A stretch of 64,000 bases of DNA from Bdellovibrionota bacterium. GTDB taxonomy: Bacteria; Bdellovibrionota_C; UBA2361; JAAYZI01. The stretch's first letter is position 1. Every line of letters begins with the position of its first letter. This document shows, piece after piece, positions 1 to 9,162 of this stretch. The translations under genes were made by a program, and so were the position numbers. The notes under the pieces were generated by a model. It saw nothing but the letters and a program-made list of their open reading frames with translations. It was not told where the DNA came from and made no database searches. The stretch lies in assembly GCA_050950765.1 (NCBI GenBank), contig JBMNIF010000002.1, forward strand, positions 32,001 to 96,000. The letters are read 5' to 3'.

Positions 1-1
1 T

Positions 2-610
2 GCACAATTATCCAACGCTTTAGAAAATGGAGAAGTTTTACAGCAGTATTACGGATTGATTTCAACAACAACCCCAAATAATAAAACAACCTCCACTGTT
101 CCTTTCTATATTATGGCGAGTATGGGGCTTGATTCTTTAACGGTAAGAAATATCGGTAAAAGATCTACCCCTATCAACGACTTTACCTATATAAAATACG
201 GACTAAAAGCACTTCTGACTCTACATCATCCCCTAGTCTCCATAACTGTTGACGGCTCTACCATCCTTGAAAAAGAGCAGGGATATTTTATCGTTGCCAA
301 TTCTGCTTCATATGCACACAACCTACAACTTGTGCCACAAGCTTCACCGTCAGAAAGGCGCTTAGATCTCGGTTTTTTACCGAATGCTAATATTCTACAT
401 GAACTAAAAAAATCGTATTGGATGGCACGTTACCAACCTGCCAAGCTCCCTATGCAATACTACTCAGGAGAAAAGATAGAGATAACACTACACTCCCCAG
501 ATTATCCTCTACAAGTAGACGGTGAATATTTTGGTCTAAAAGAGATCTCAGCAGGGAGTAAGGTGACTTTCTCCTTAGCAGAAACTCCCATCAACGTTCT
601 CTGCCCTTAA
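2..610 (+). CDS. Diacylglycerol/lipid kinase family protein, C-terminal part (5' end outside window)
   Basis: Frame is open from the window start. MASMGLDS resembles the GxGxDA motif; also IVANSASY and a C-terminal LQVDGE, typical of the YegS/DAGK accessory domain. Confidence 0.7.
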   Translation, partial: AQLSNALENGEVLQQYYGLISTTTPNNKTTSTVPFYIMASMGLDSLTVRNIGKRSTPINDFTYIKYGLKALLTLHHPLVSITVDGSTILEKEQGYFIVANSASYAHNLQLVPQASPSERRLDLGFLPNANILHELKKSYWMARYQPAKLPMQYYSGEKIEITLHSPDYPLQVDGEYFGLKEISAGSKVTFSLAETPINVLCP

Positions 611-615
611 AAAAC

Positions 616-790
616 CTTTTTCCTCACCAAGCTCTAAACAATGCTCTTTACTCGTAAGGATCTTTTTCCTCACCGAGACTCTAATCAACATCCCTTGCTC
701 GCAAGAATCTTTTTCCTCACCAAGCTCTAAACAACATCCCTTACCCGCAAAAATTCTTTTCCTCACCAAGCTCTAAACAACACCACCCGA
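616..790. repeat. Tandem repeat, about 4 copies of a ~47-bp unit (CTTTTTCCTCACCAAGCTCTAAACAA...)
   Basis: Units start near 616, 662, 709 and 756, between convergent genes. Confidence 0.85.
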
Positions 791-849
791 AAAATCTCCC
801 TCAACTACTGAAGATACTCCTTTTAAGGTAATAAAGATTGATGAGCTAC

Positions 850-1863
850 TTAAAGGATCTTATTTAACTCCTCAATCACCTTAAAAGCATCTGCTACATA
901 TAAGACATCTGTTTTCCCATGTGCCCAGCTGCAACTTTCGTTTGTGTTAATTGCACGTCTTTCATTGATAAATCTCCACCCTACCACGTGTGGCTCTTCA
1001 CCATGACAACAGGTAGCTAAGCCTTTTTGATGATGCGGAGTTGATCCGGTCTGACCGATCTGATTTAAGTGACTAAGGAACGGTAAAACTGCTGCTCCTT
1101 CTTCACTCTGATCAACTAGAGATTTACTACTACCGAGAGAGGCTTTTGTTTTGTCTAAAAAGTCAAGAATAAACTCGCTTGCTTTTTTAGTATCATTAGC
1201 AGGATCGTTCTGTTTCTTCGTCCAACCTGCACCTGCTACAAAAAGTAACTTAGCTTCAGGACGAATCGTTCTGGCATCACCGCTCGGATCTTCAACTCCG
1301 ATAACTTTTGTCTTTAAGTCGTTAATTGTCACGGTAAGCTTTTGCACGACTGCTTGCCCTGATTCTCCACTCCATTCTGTATCACAACCAGAATCTATCA
1401 ATAAGCACCAAGGCTTGGAGCTCCTTGAAAGAGTTCCTTTGATACGTTGACGATAATACCAACGCTCTATCTCTAAAGAACCATCTTTTACATTTAATGC
1501 CGTTACCTGAGAGTCTACACTCCCCCCCACTCTAAAAGCTGCACCTGGCAGAGCGCGTTTAAAACGGATGCTAGCAGGAGCAAATACAAGGTCGGCAGCA
1601 GACTCTTTAATAAGTGCTGTTATAGCAGGAACATCAGTAGCATAACGAGAAGAATTAAAATCTTCTCCTTCAACTGCTAAAAACTTAGTGGATCCACAAG
1701 TGGCAAGGGTATCTGCCGCTTTTTGGAGATCTCCGCCGATTAGCCCGACTGTAAAGTCGGTAGCTAAAGCTTCTGCTATACGTTTAGTGCTAGTAAGTGT
1801 TTGTAAAGCGAGCTCTGATAATGAACCATCCTGTTCTGGATGGGCTAAAAATAAAATCGTCAT
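850..1863 (-). CDS. etfA: Electron transfer flavoprotein subunit alpha
   Basis: QIGQTG FAD-binding motif and C-terminal AINxxxxxxxxxxxxDVLYVAD; lies downstream of the beta subunit. Confidence 0.85.
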   Translation of the reverse strand: MTILFLAHPEQDGSLSELALQTLTSTKRIAEALATDFTVGLIGGDLQKAADTLATCGSTKFLAVEGEDFNSSRYATDVPAITALIKESAADLVFAPASIRFKRALPGAAFRVGGSVDSQVTALNVKDGSLEIERWYYRQRIKGTLSRSSKPWCLLIDSGCDTEWSGESGQAVVQKLTVTINDLKTKVIGVEDPSGDARTIRPEAKLLFVAGAGWTKKQNDPANDTKKASEFILDFLDKTKASLGSSKSLVDQSEEGAAVLPFLSHLNQIGQTGSTPHHQKGLATCCHGEEPHVVGWRFINERRAINTNESCSWAHGKTDVLYVADAFKVIEELNKIL

Positions 1864-1932
1864 CTTTAATTTTCCTTAATCTGTGAAACTATCATAAAAA
1901 AACAGGGTGTATTCTAAATTATTAAAATACAC

Positions 1933-2739
1933 CTACGCTTTAATCCAAGCTGCAAGCTCTTCAGCGATCTGGGCAGGAGTGGCATCTTTGACAATCCTAG
2001 TTTGACGCTTCTGATTCGGAATCTCAACAGCACCATATTTTAAATCGCTTCCAGAAAGGGTGATCTGTTTCGCTTTCTGTAAGGCAGGCATAATTCCACG
2101 CATATTCATCATCCCCACCTGCGGATTGTTGGATGGCTCCGGCAAATTACCCGTTGCCCACGCTAAGACTGCAGGCGCTTTTTTACATTCAGAGACCTGA
2201 TACCTTCCGCCTTCAATACGTTCTTTCACTTGAAAGGAGCCATCCTCACGATACTTAATCTCATCAACACCGAGGAAGAGATCTTCAATCCCCAATTTTT
2301 CTCCAACAAGAGCCAACGTTGTTCCGGCATCACGAGCAGCAGATGCCATGCCACCAAAAAGGAGCATATTATCCTTATCAAGTGCAGGGATCTCTGCTAT
2401 GGCTTCAGCTAAAGCAGCTGCCACCTCTGCAGAATCTGTAAATCCACCCGCAGGCGCATCAATTACTACTAATTCGAAAGAAACTTTCTGCGCGATGGTC
2501 ATCATCAGTTGTTGTAACTTTGCTTTAGGTCCTAAGCTAACTAGATAAACCTTAGATCTTGTGATCTGCTTTGCTAAATTAGCAGCTTCATATAAAGAAT
2601 GCCCTGCCCACGGATCAAGCACGACTGGCAACATCGATTCATTTTTTAAAGTTGGCTTGTCACCTGCAAGTGGTTCAAGCGTCTGTAACGGATCCGGCAC
2701 AACACTGCCGCATACCACGATTGAAAGTCCCGAACTCAT
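1933..2739 (-). CDS. etfB: Electron transfer flavoprotein subunit beta
   Basis: N-terminal IVVCGSVVPD, VSLGP and LLFGGMASAARDAG (GxxxxDxxxG-like); paired with etfA. Confidence 0.85.
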   Translation of the reverse strand: MSSGLSIVVCGSVVPDPLQTLEPLAGDKPTLKNESMLPVVLDPWAGHSLYEAANLAKQITRSKVYLVSLGPKAKLQQLMMTIAQKVSFELVVIDAPAGGFTDSAEVAAALAEAIAEIPALDKDNMLLFGGMASAARDAGTTLALVGEKLGIEDLFLGVDEIKYREDGSFQVKERIEGGRYQVSECKKAPAVLAWATGNLPEPSNNPQVGMMNMRGIMPALQKAKQITLSGSDLKYGAVEIPNQKRQTRIVKDATPAQIAEELAAWIKA

Positions 2740-3008
2740 TTAACTTTTCTCCTAAATAATCTTCTGTTTCAATACATCTTTCTTATTTTTATATATTCCT
2801 ATCTATAAGCGGAATAGCGGAATAATAATCGCTAAAAAAATATACGGTCAAGCTTGTAAAGAAAGACCTTTCTAAAAGCCTTTAAAAAATTAAAATATTG
2901 TAAAAAATCGCAAAACTTATCCCATTCTCTTCTCCTCAAGAGATCTTAAAAAATATCTTCCGTATACTTGCAATTTAACTATCTTTTATATACATTTTCC
3001 AGCATTGT

Positions 3009-3084
3009 GCGCCGGTAGCTCAGTTGGTAGAGCAGAAGACTCTTAATCTTCGGGTCGTGGGTTCGAGCCCCTCCCGGCGTACCA
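3009..3084 (+). tRNA. tRNA-Lys(CTT)
   Basis: Acceptor stem GCGCCGG/CCGGCGT, anticodon arm GAAGA-CTCTTAA-TCTTC, GGTTCGA T-loop, CCA end. Confidence 0.97.
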
Positions 3085-3191
3085 CTTCAAGCCCTTCTCT
3101 ATGTATTTTTACTTTATTTCGCGCTCTCGTTATTTCCATCAAATTATCAATATAGTGCTATTTCTCAATCTTGTGGTAGATAATTAAAATT

Positions 3192-5600
3192 ATGCAAAAG
3201 AGGAAACGATTTTCAGGTTCGACACTGAATAAGACAAAACAACCACTTCGTAAAAAAAAAGGGCGTAAAAAGAAGATCAATAAACGACGCCTTTTTATTT
3301 TAGTCTGTGTAGTCTTTTTACTTCTCTCTATCTGCGGACTATTTTTATCGTACCTGTACGTAGACAATATGGTCTATCGGCATTTGCAAAATAAGTTACA
3401 AAAACAGGAGGGGATGGCTTTTTCAGCGCCGTTTACGTTACAAAGCGGAATGCGTATCTCTGCGGATGTTCTCACACAAACGTTAAGAACTAGGGGATAT
3501 ATTAACGGCACTGGTTCAGTTATTAATCAGGGAGAGTTTAAGGTACAAGGAAGTGTCTTTAAGATCTATGCCAGAGGGTTTACTGATGCTGAAAATCTCT
3601 ATCATTCCCCACAAATTTACACTTATGATACAGCCACAACAAAGCTATTAACGATCGATCAGAACGAAGAAGAACTTCTACTTGAACCTATTCCGATCTC
3701 ATCTCTCGCCTCAGGGGAGCACCGTGCTAGCTCTTATCTTGCACTGGAAGAAATCCCAAAAAATGTACAACAAGCTGTTATTACCATAGAGGATGAACGC
3801 TTTTTTAACCATTCTGGGATAGATCTGATCGGTATTTTGCGTGCTGTGTTTGCAAATATTAAAGCCGGTTCTATCGTACAGGGTGGAAGCACACTAACTC
3901 AGCAACTAGCAAAGAACACCCTTTTTACACCACGCAAAACGTTGGGACGCAAAATCCTTGAAGCTTTAGCCGCCATTAGTCTTGAAAAGCGTCTTTCTAA
4001 AAATGAGATCTTGGAACGGTATCTGAATGAAGTTTATCTCGGGCAAGAAGGCTCGGTAGCGATTCATGGAGTAGCAGAAGCGGCGGAGACGTTTTTTGAT
4101 AAAAAAATAGCAACTATCAATACCTCAGAAGCTGCTCTTTTAGCAGGGATTATCAAGGCACCATCATATTATTCTCCAAAGCGACACCTAAAACGTGCTC
4201 TTAATAGACGTGAGATTGTTTTAAAAAAGATGATAGAGAATGGGGCTATCTCCGTAGAAGAGGGAGCTGCTGCGCTTCAGTATATACCGAAAATTAAGGA
4301 GGGATATACACACACTCCGTTAGCACCTTATTTTCATGTAGCGCTATTAAAAGATCTTGAAGAGAAGATTAATTTAGATGTTACGGCATTAAGTGGTATG
4401 CGAATCTACACAGGACTAAGTCCAGAACTGCAAAAGTGTGCAACAGCTGCTATTGCAGAAGAGTTACCGGCCATAGAAGAACGGTATCCAGCTTTAAAAC
4501 GTAAGAAATCACCTCTAGCGGCAGCACTCGTTGCCATAGAACCACACAGCGGATTGATTAAAGCATGGGTTGGCGGCAGGAATTATGCCACGAATCAATT
4601 CGATCACGTCTCTCAAGGTTTTAGGCAGATCGGATCTACGGTAAAACCTTTTTTATATCTTACAGCTTTAGACGGCGGTTTAAACACTTATAAAGTTGCC
4701 ACTGCTGATAGTATTCTGCCTGATAAACCGACAATTTTTACATTACCGAATAATAAAACTTGGACTCCTCTTAATTATGATAAGAAGTATCACGGTGATG
4801 TTACGTTACGTTATGCTTTGGAAAAGTCTTTAAATATTCCTGCGGCGTATATTGGCGGTAAGGTCGGTGTTAAAGCTTTAGCGCATACCCTCTCTATTTT
4901 TCATATAGCAGAAGATATTCCAGAGGTACCGGCAATCACATTAGGTGCTATTGATACCAGCCTATTAAAACTTACCGCTGCCTATGGTGCCTTAGCTAAT
5001 AGCGGCATCTATGTTACTCCGCGACTTTTTTCAAGTGTGATAGATCGCACTGCCACTACTATTGCGAAGACCCCTTTTCAAGAGGAACGACTTTCTGATG
5101 AAGGTGCAGTCTATGTTTTAACTAATATCTTACAAGGTGTAGTAGATCGTGGTACTGGAGCTGCTATTAGAAGACTTGGATATAAAAGAGCGGCGGCTGG
5201 AAAAACCGGCACTTCAGATAATGCACGAGATGCGTGGTTTGTTGGGTATACTCCGAACCTTGTTGCGGGTGTCTGGCTTGGTTTTGATGACAATAAGAAG
5301 ATAGGTGTAACTGGTGGCGGAGTGGCTGCACCGATCTGGGCTAATTTTATGAAGTGTTCTGAGCCGTTTTTGCAAGATTCTCAATTTATTCCACCTGATA
5401 ATGTTGTTTTTGTTAGGATCGATTCTCTAACGCACAGGCGTGCTGATCGTTATACACCGCCGGATCGCGTAATTAGAGAGGTTTATGTTAAAGGAACTGA
5501 GCCGCCCGAATATTTTAATGATTCTCAATCGGATGAATACGATCTTCCGACTCCACGACGACCTAAACGCAGAAGCTTTTGGGACCTCTTCGACTGGTAG
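3192..5600 (+). CDS. mrcB: Class A penicillin-binding protein (PBP1B-like transglycosylase/transpeptidase)
   Basis: N-terminal TM helix and UB2H-like region; GT motifs EDERF and QGGSTLTQQL; TP motifs STVK, SLN and KTG. Confidence 0.9.
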   Translation: MQKRKRFSGSTLNKTKQPLRKKKGRKKKINKRRLFILVCVVFLLLSICGLFLSYLYVDNMVYRHLQNKLQKQEGMAFSAPFTLQSGMRISADVLTQTLRTRGYINGTGSVINQGEFKVQGSVFKIYARGFTDAENLYHSPQIYTYDTATTKLLTIDQNEEELLLEPIPISSLASGEHRASSYLALEEIPKNVQQAVITIEDERFFNHSGIDLIGILRAVFANIKAGSIVQGGSTLTQQLAKNTLFTPRKTLGRKILEALAAISLEKRLSKNEILERYLNEVYLGQEGSVAIHGVAEAAETFFDKKIATINTSEAALLAGIIKAPSYYSPKRHLKRALNRREIVLKKMIENGAISVEEGAAALQYIPKIKEGYTHTPLAPYFHVALLKDLEEKINLDVTALSGMRIYTGLSPELQKCATAAIAEELPAIEERYPALKRKKSPLAAALVAIEPHSGLIKAWVGGRNYATNQFDHVSQGFRQIGSTVKPFLYLTALDGGLNTYKVATADSILPDKPTIFTLPNNKTWTPLNYDKKYHGDVTLRYALEKSLNIPAAYIGGKVGVKALAHTLSIFHIAEDIPEVPAITLGAIDTSLLKLTAAYGALANSGIYVTPRLFSSVIDRTATTIAKTPFQEERLSDEGAVYVLTNILQGVVDRGTGAAIRRLGYKRAAAGKTGTSDNARDAWFVGYTPNLVAGVWLGFDDNKKIGVTGGGVAAPIWANFMKCSEPFLQDSQFIPPDNVVFVRIDSLTHRRADRYTPPDRVIREVYVKGTEPPEYFNDSQSDEYDLPTPRRPKRRSFWDLFDW

Positions 5601-5812
5601 AGGTTAAAAATTTGGTGCCACCCTTCAGGGACAGCAGGACGGGCTGATACTACAAAGCGAAGTCAGCTAGATCTTTACGAGGGTTAAAAATTTGGTGCCA
5701 CCCACTAGGGACAGCAGGACGGGCTGCAATGCAGAGAGGAAAATTTGGTGCCACCCACCAGTGCTAAAAGACTCTAAAACTACGATAGATAATAATATCA
5801 AGATGTTAGCAA
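5601..5812 (+). repeat. Mosaic repeat array 1a (TGGTGCCACCC core), interrupted by the IS
   Basis: Three cores near 5613, 5693 and 5747, with recurring modules between them. Confidence 0.9.
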
Positions 5813-5904
5813 CCTAAATTCCGCAATTTTTATCTTTTCTCCATTCCAGAAATAAGCCACCGTATTTTTTATTGATATTTTAGTTAGTTATATATTTTTC
5901 TATA

Positions 5905-5932
5905 TTGACATTTCCTGTTTGTATGGTATGAT
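5905..5932 (+). promoter_or_regulatory. Sigma70-type promoter of the transposase
   Basis: TTGACA, 16-bp spacer, TATGAT with a TG extension. Confidence 0.6.
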
Positions 5933-5960
5933 TGCCCTATACATATTAGGGAGGTTTTTT

Positions 5961-7574
5961 ATGAAAAAAATAACTAAAAAAGTTGACTTACCAGATAGGC
6001 AAATTGCTCGTAAGAAAAACAAAAATGGGACTACTTATATCTATTACAGGATGAACTTTCGTCGTGAAAACGGAGAGCCTACGTTTGATGAAATAGGTAT
6101 AGGGAAGCTAGATGAAAGCGGTAAGAAATTAATTCCTAATAGAAATTACTATGATTTGTTTCCAGATGATTCTAATAGATATGTTATTAGCAATAAATCT
6201 TTTGGTCTTACTTATGTTTTAAATAAGATTGTAAAAGATTTAAGGTTAGACAAGACATTGCTTTCAATTTTTGGAAATGACACATACGAGATTTTAACTT
6301 TAGCGTTTTATATTCTAGCAAATGGAAATGTAGTATCACATGCTTCAAGTTGGATAGATGATAGTGTCTTACCATATGAAATTTCTGAATTAACAAGTCA
6401 AAAAATAAGTCGTCTTTTTGAACGTATTGACTACGAGAAAAGACTTAATTTTTTTAAGAAATGGACGAAGCGATATTTAGCTCAAGAATGTTGGTATTAT
6501 GACGTAACTTCCATATCTTCTTATAGTAAAAAAATAAGCATATTGGAGTTTGGCTATAATAGGGATATGGATAAATTGCCGCAAATAAATATAGGTATGT
6601 GCTACGGCTCTACAACGAAGCTTCCTTTATTCTATCAAGTTTATAATGGCAGCATTACAGATAAGACATATTTTAGTTTTCTTTTAAGAGACTTTCCATT
6701 TATTAGTCTTAATAATCGTATTAACCTTGTTACGGATCAAGGTTTTGTGACGCAAGATAATTTAGCGGAAGTAGCAAATGAAGAAGGGCAAAAGTTTGGA
6801 CTACTTTGTCCTTTGCCACTATATTGGAATGACGCTAAAAGAATATTAGAAAATCACACTGCACTTATTAAGCAAGATGCTAATTATATAAAAGGAACCT
6901 CTACTTTTGGTTGTTCTGTAATAGATACTGTTATGGGACAACCTGTAAAGATTTATGTTTATTACAATATGGGAAAGGCGCCATATGAGATAGTTCAATT
7001 TTACGAGAAAATTTCTAGAATGGAAGAAGAGTTAGAAGAACTGAAAAAATTAAAATACTCTTTGCTGGATCGTAAAAAATATAGGAAATATTTTGATATT
7101 AAAATAAATGAAGATGGTTTCACTTATGAAAAAAAATCAGAAGCTATAGATGAATACTTGAGAAATTGTGGCTTCTTAATTTTGATTGGTATTGGTTGTG
7201 ATTCAAATCCGAGTGAAGCACTTTTTCGTTATCGTCAAAAAGATGTAATTGAAAAACAATTTTTCCAGCTAAAAAATGAAATTGATTTTAGAAGACTTAA
7301 AACACATAATCTTCAAACCACAGAAGGAAAACTTTTTGTTGGATTTTTAGCTCTTATACTTAGAAGTTATATTCTTAATTTACTTAAAAATGATACAAGG
7401 CAAAAAAAGTTTAATATACCTGATGTCATTAAAGAGCTTCAAAAAATTAAAGTTATAGAAACTAAAAATGGCAGTAAATTAATGGTTCCGTTAACAAAAA
7501 AACAAAAGGATATTTTGAAAATTTTCAATATTGAAGAAGATGACTTTCTAAAAAGTATTTTTAAGAAAAAGTAA
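5961..7574 (+). CDS. DDE transposase, IS1634 family
   Basis: Motifs YYDVTSISSYS, FGYNRD, VTDQGF and YRQKDVIEKQFFQLK (YREK-like); GGAGG RBS before the ATG at 5961. Confidence 0.9.
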   Translation: MKKITKKVDLPDRQIARKKNKNGTTYIYYRMNFRRENGEPTFDEIGIGKLDESGKKLIPNRNYYDLFPDDSNRYVISNKSFGLTYVLNKIVKDLRLDKTLLSIFGNDTYEILTLAFYILANGNVVSHASSWIDDSVLPYEISELTSQKISRLFERIDYEKRLNFFKKWTKRYLAQECWYYDVTSISSYSKKISILEFGYNRDMDKLPQINIGMCYGSTTKLPLFYQVYNGSITDKTYFSFLLRDFPFISLNNRINLVTDQGFVTQDNLAEVANEEGQKFGLLCPLPLYWNDAKRILENHTALIKQDANYIKGTSTFGCSVIDTVMGQPVKIYVYYNMGKAPYEIVQFYEKISRMEEELEELKKLKYSLLDRKKYRKYFDIKINEDGFTYEKKSEAIDEYLRNCGFLILIGIGCDSNPSEALFRYRQKDVIEKQFFQLKNEIDFRRLKTHNLQTTEGKLFVGFLALILRSYILNLLKNDTRQKKFNIPDVIKELQKIKVIETKNGSKLMVPLTKKQKDILKIFNIEEDDFLKSIFKKK

Positions 7575-7640
7575 GATTATACCGCTCGAAAGCTACCTTT
7601 AAAAACACGTTTGTATGGTATAATTTCGCGGGAATTCAGG

Positions 7641-8112
7641 TTAGCAAAAGCTTCGGGCTTGGCGAATTTGGTGCCACCCACCAGTAAGACGGGATCTGGC
7701 AGATTTGGCAGGGCTTGGATCTGGTGCCACCCACTAGAGACAGCAGAGCGGGCGCAACTTGCAGATCAAATCGGTTAGATCTCTACGGAATTTACTACCA
7801 CTCGCTAGGGACAATTGAGCGGGCTGATACGGCAAAATAAATCAGCTAGATCTATACGGAGGAGGTTAAATTTTGGTGCCACCCACCAGTGCTAAAAGAC
7901 TCTAAAATTACGATAGCTAATAATATCAAGATGTTAGCAAAAGCTTCGGGCTTGGCGAATTTGGTGCCACCCACTAGGGACAGCAGGACGGGCTGCAATG
8001 CAGAGAGGGATCAGCTAGATCTCTACGAGGGTTAAAAATTTGGTGCCACCCACTAGAGACAATTGAGCGGGCTGATACGGCAAAATAAATCAGCTAGATC
8101 TATACGGAGGAA
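7641..8112 (+). repeat. Mosaic repeat array 1b (continuation after the IS)
   Basis: Five exact cores and one degenerate core; same modules as the other arrays. Confidence 0.9.
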
Positions 8113-8115
8113 AAA

Positions 8116-8910
8116 CTAGCAGTTTTTACATGGGATTACTTCATCAGCTGCTTTTGTTAGCACCTCGCAACCTGTTTCAGTCACTAGGATTGTATGCTCC
8201 CACTGCGCAGACAAGCTGCCATCTGCTGTGCGAACAGTCCAACCATCCAACTCCGATAAGACCGTTTCGTGTGTACCGCCGTTTATCATCGGTTCAATGG
8301 TAAACGTCATCCCTGGTCGCATCACCTCTCCCGTGCTGAACTTTCCAACGTGAAGAACTTGTGGCGGCTCGTGAAAATTTCTTCCAAGCCCGTGCCCAGT
8401 ATAATCTCTGACAATTCCGTAATGCGTTCCCGTTTTTTTAATAAACGCTTGAATAGCAGCGCCAATATCACCGATGCGTTTACCCGGTACAACTTCGGCA
8501 ATTCCTGCATACATAGCATCTTTAGCTGTTTTTACCAGTTTAATAGCCTCTTCTGAGCAGTTACCTACAAAATACATCCTGCTGGAATCTGAATGGAAGC
8601 CGTTTTTTATAGATGTTACATCAATATTTACGATATCCCCCTCTTTTAATACAAGATATTGACTGGGAATACCGTGACACACCACATCATTAATTGAGAT
8701 ACAAACAGACTTCGGGAAACCCTTATAATTAAGGGGTGCTGGGATAGCACCTGCTTCAATAGTTAATTTATGAACGAAGCGGTTAATCTCTTCCGTTGAA
8801 ACCCCTGGTTTAACTAAATCTCCAACAACATCAAGGACATGAGTAGTCACTTTGGAAGCAGCACGCATTGCTACAATCTCTTCGGCTGTTTTTATCGGAA
8901 CTCTTGCCAT
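8116..8910 (-). CDS. map: Methionine aminopeptidase type I
   Basis: Motifs CISINDVVCHGIP, DSSRM, GHGLGRNFHE, FTIEPM and QWEHT; start taken at MARVPIK. Confidence 0.96.
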   Translation of the reverse strand: MARVPIKTAEEIVAMRAASKVTTHVLDVVGDLVKPGVSTEEINRFVHKLTIEAGAIPAPLNYKGFPKSVCISINDVVCHGIPSQYLVLKEGDIVNIDVTSIKNGFHSDSSRMYFVGNCSEEAIKLVKTAKDAMYAGIAEVVPGKRIGDIGAAIQAFIKKTGTHYGIVRDYTGHGLGRNFHEPPQVLHVGKFSTGEVMRPGMTFTIEPMINGGTHETVLSELDGWTVRTADGSLSAQWEHTILVTETGCEVLTKAADEVIPCKNC

Positions 8911-9162
8911 AATACAAATCCTCCTTCGTAACGATACACCTCCAAGAGTGTAACTGCAAACACTCCTCAAAGAAATCTGGTTCCCCCACCAGATTGAGAG
9001 CTCCCCTCTGCAGTTTATTCCTTATTATCTTTATCCTACAAAAATGCTCTTAATCAGATAATCCTTCAAAAAGAAGAGATAAAAGCATATAGTTTGTAAA
9101 AATTTTCGTTTTTTTGATGGAATGACGGTATATAAACTGTGGGAGCACTCGCTGGAGGTCAT

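Larger units (their letters stand above)
5813..7640 (+). mobile_element. IS1634-like insertion sequence (~1.83 kb) with imperfect TIRs and a target-site duplication
   Basis: Left end CCTAAATTCCGC versus reverse-complemented right end CCTGAATTCCCGC. TTAGCAA lies at 5806-5812 and 7641-7647. An uninterrupted target GATGTTAGCAAAAGCTT is seen at ~7930. Confidence 0.9.

Noticed and set aside
1151..2743. Numerous 60-125 aa antisense or out-of-frame ORFs overlapping known genes (here and throughout the window)
   Set aside because: They lie within well-supported CDSs and show no recognisable motifs.
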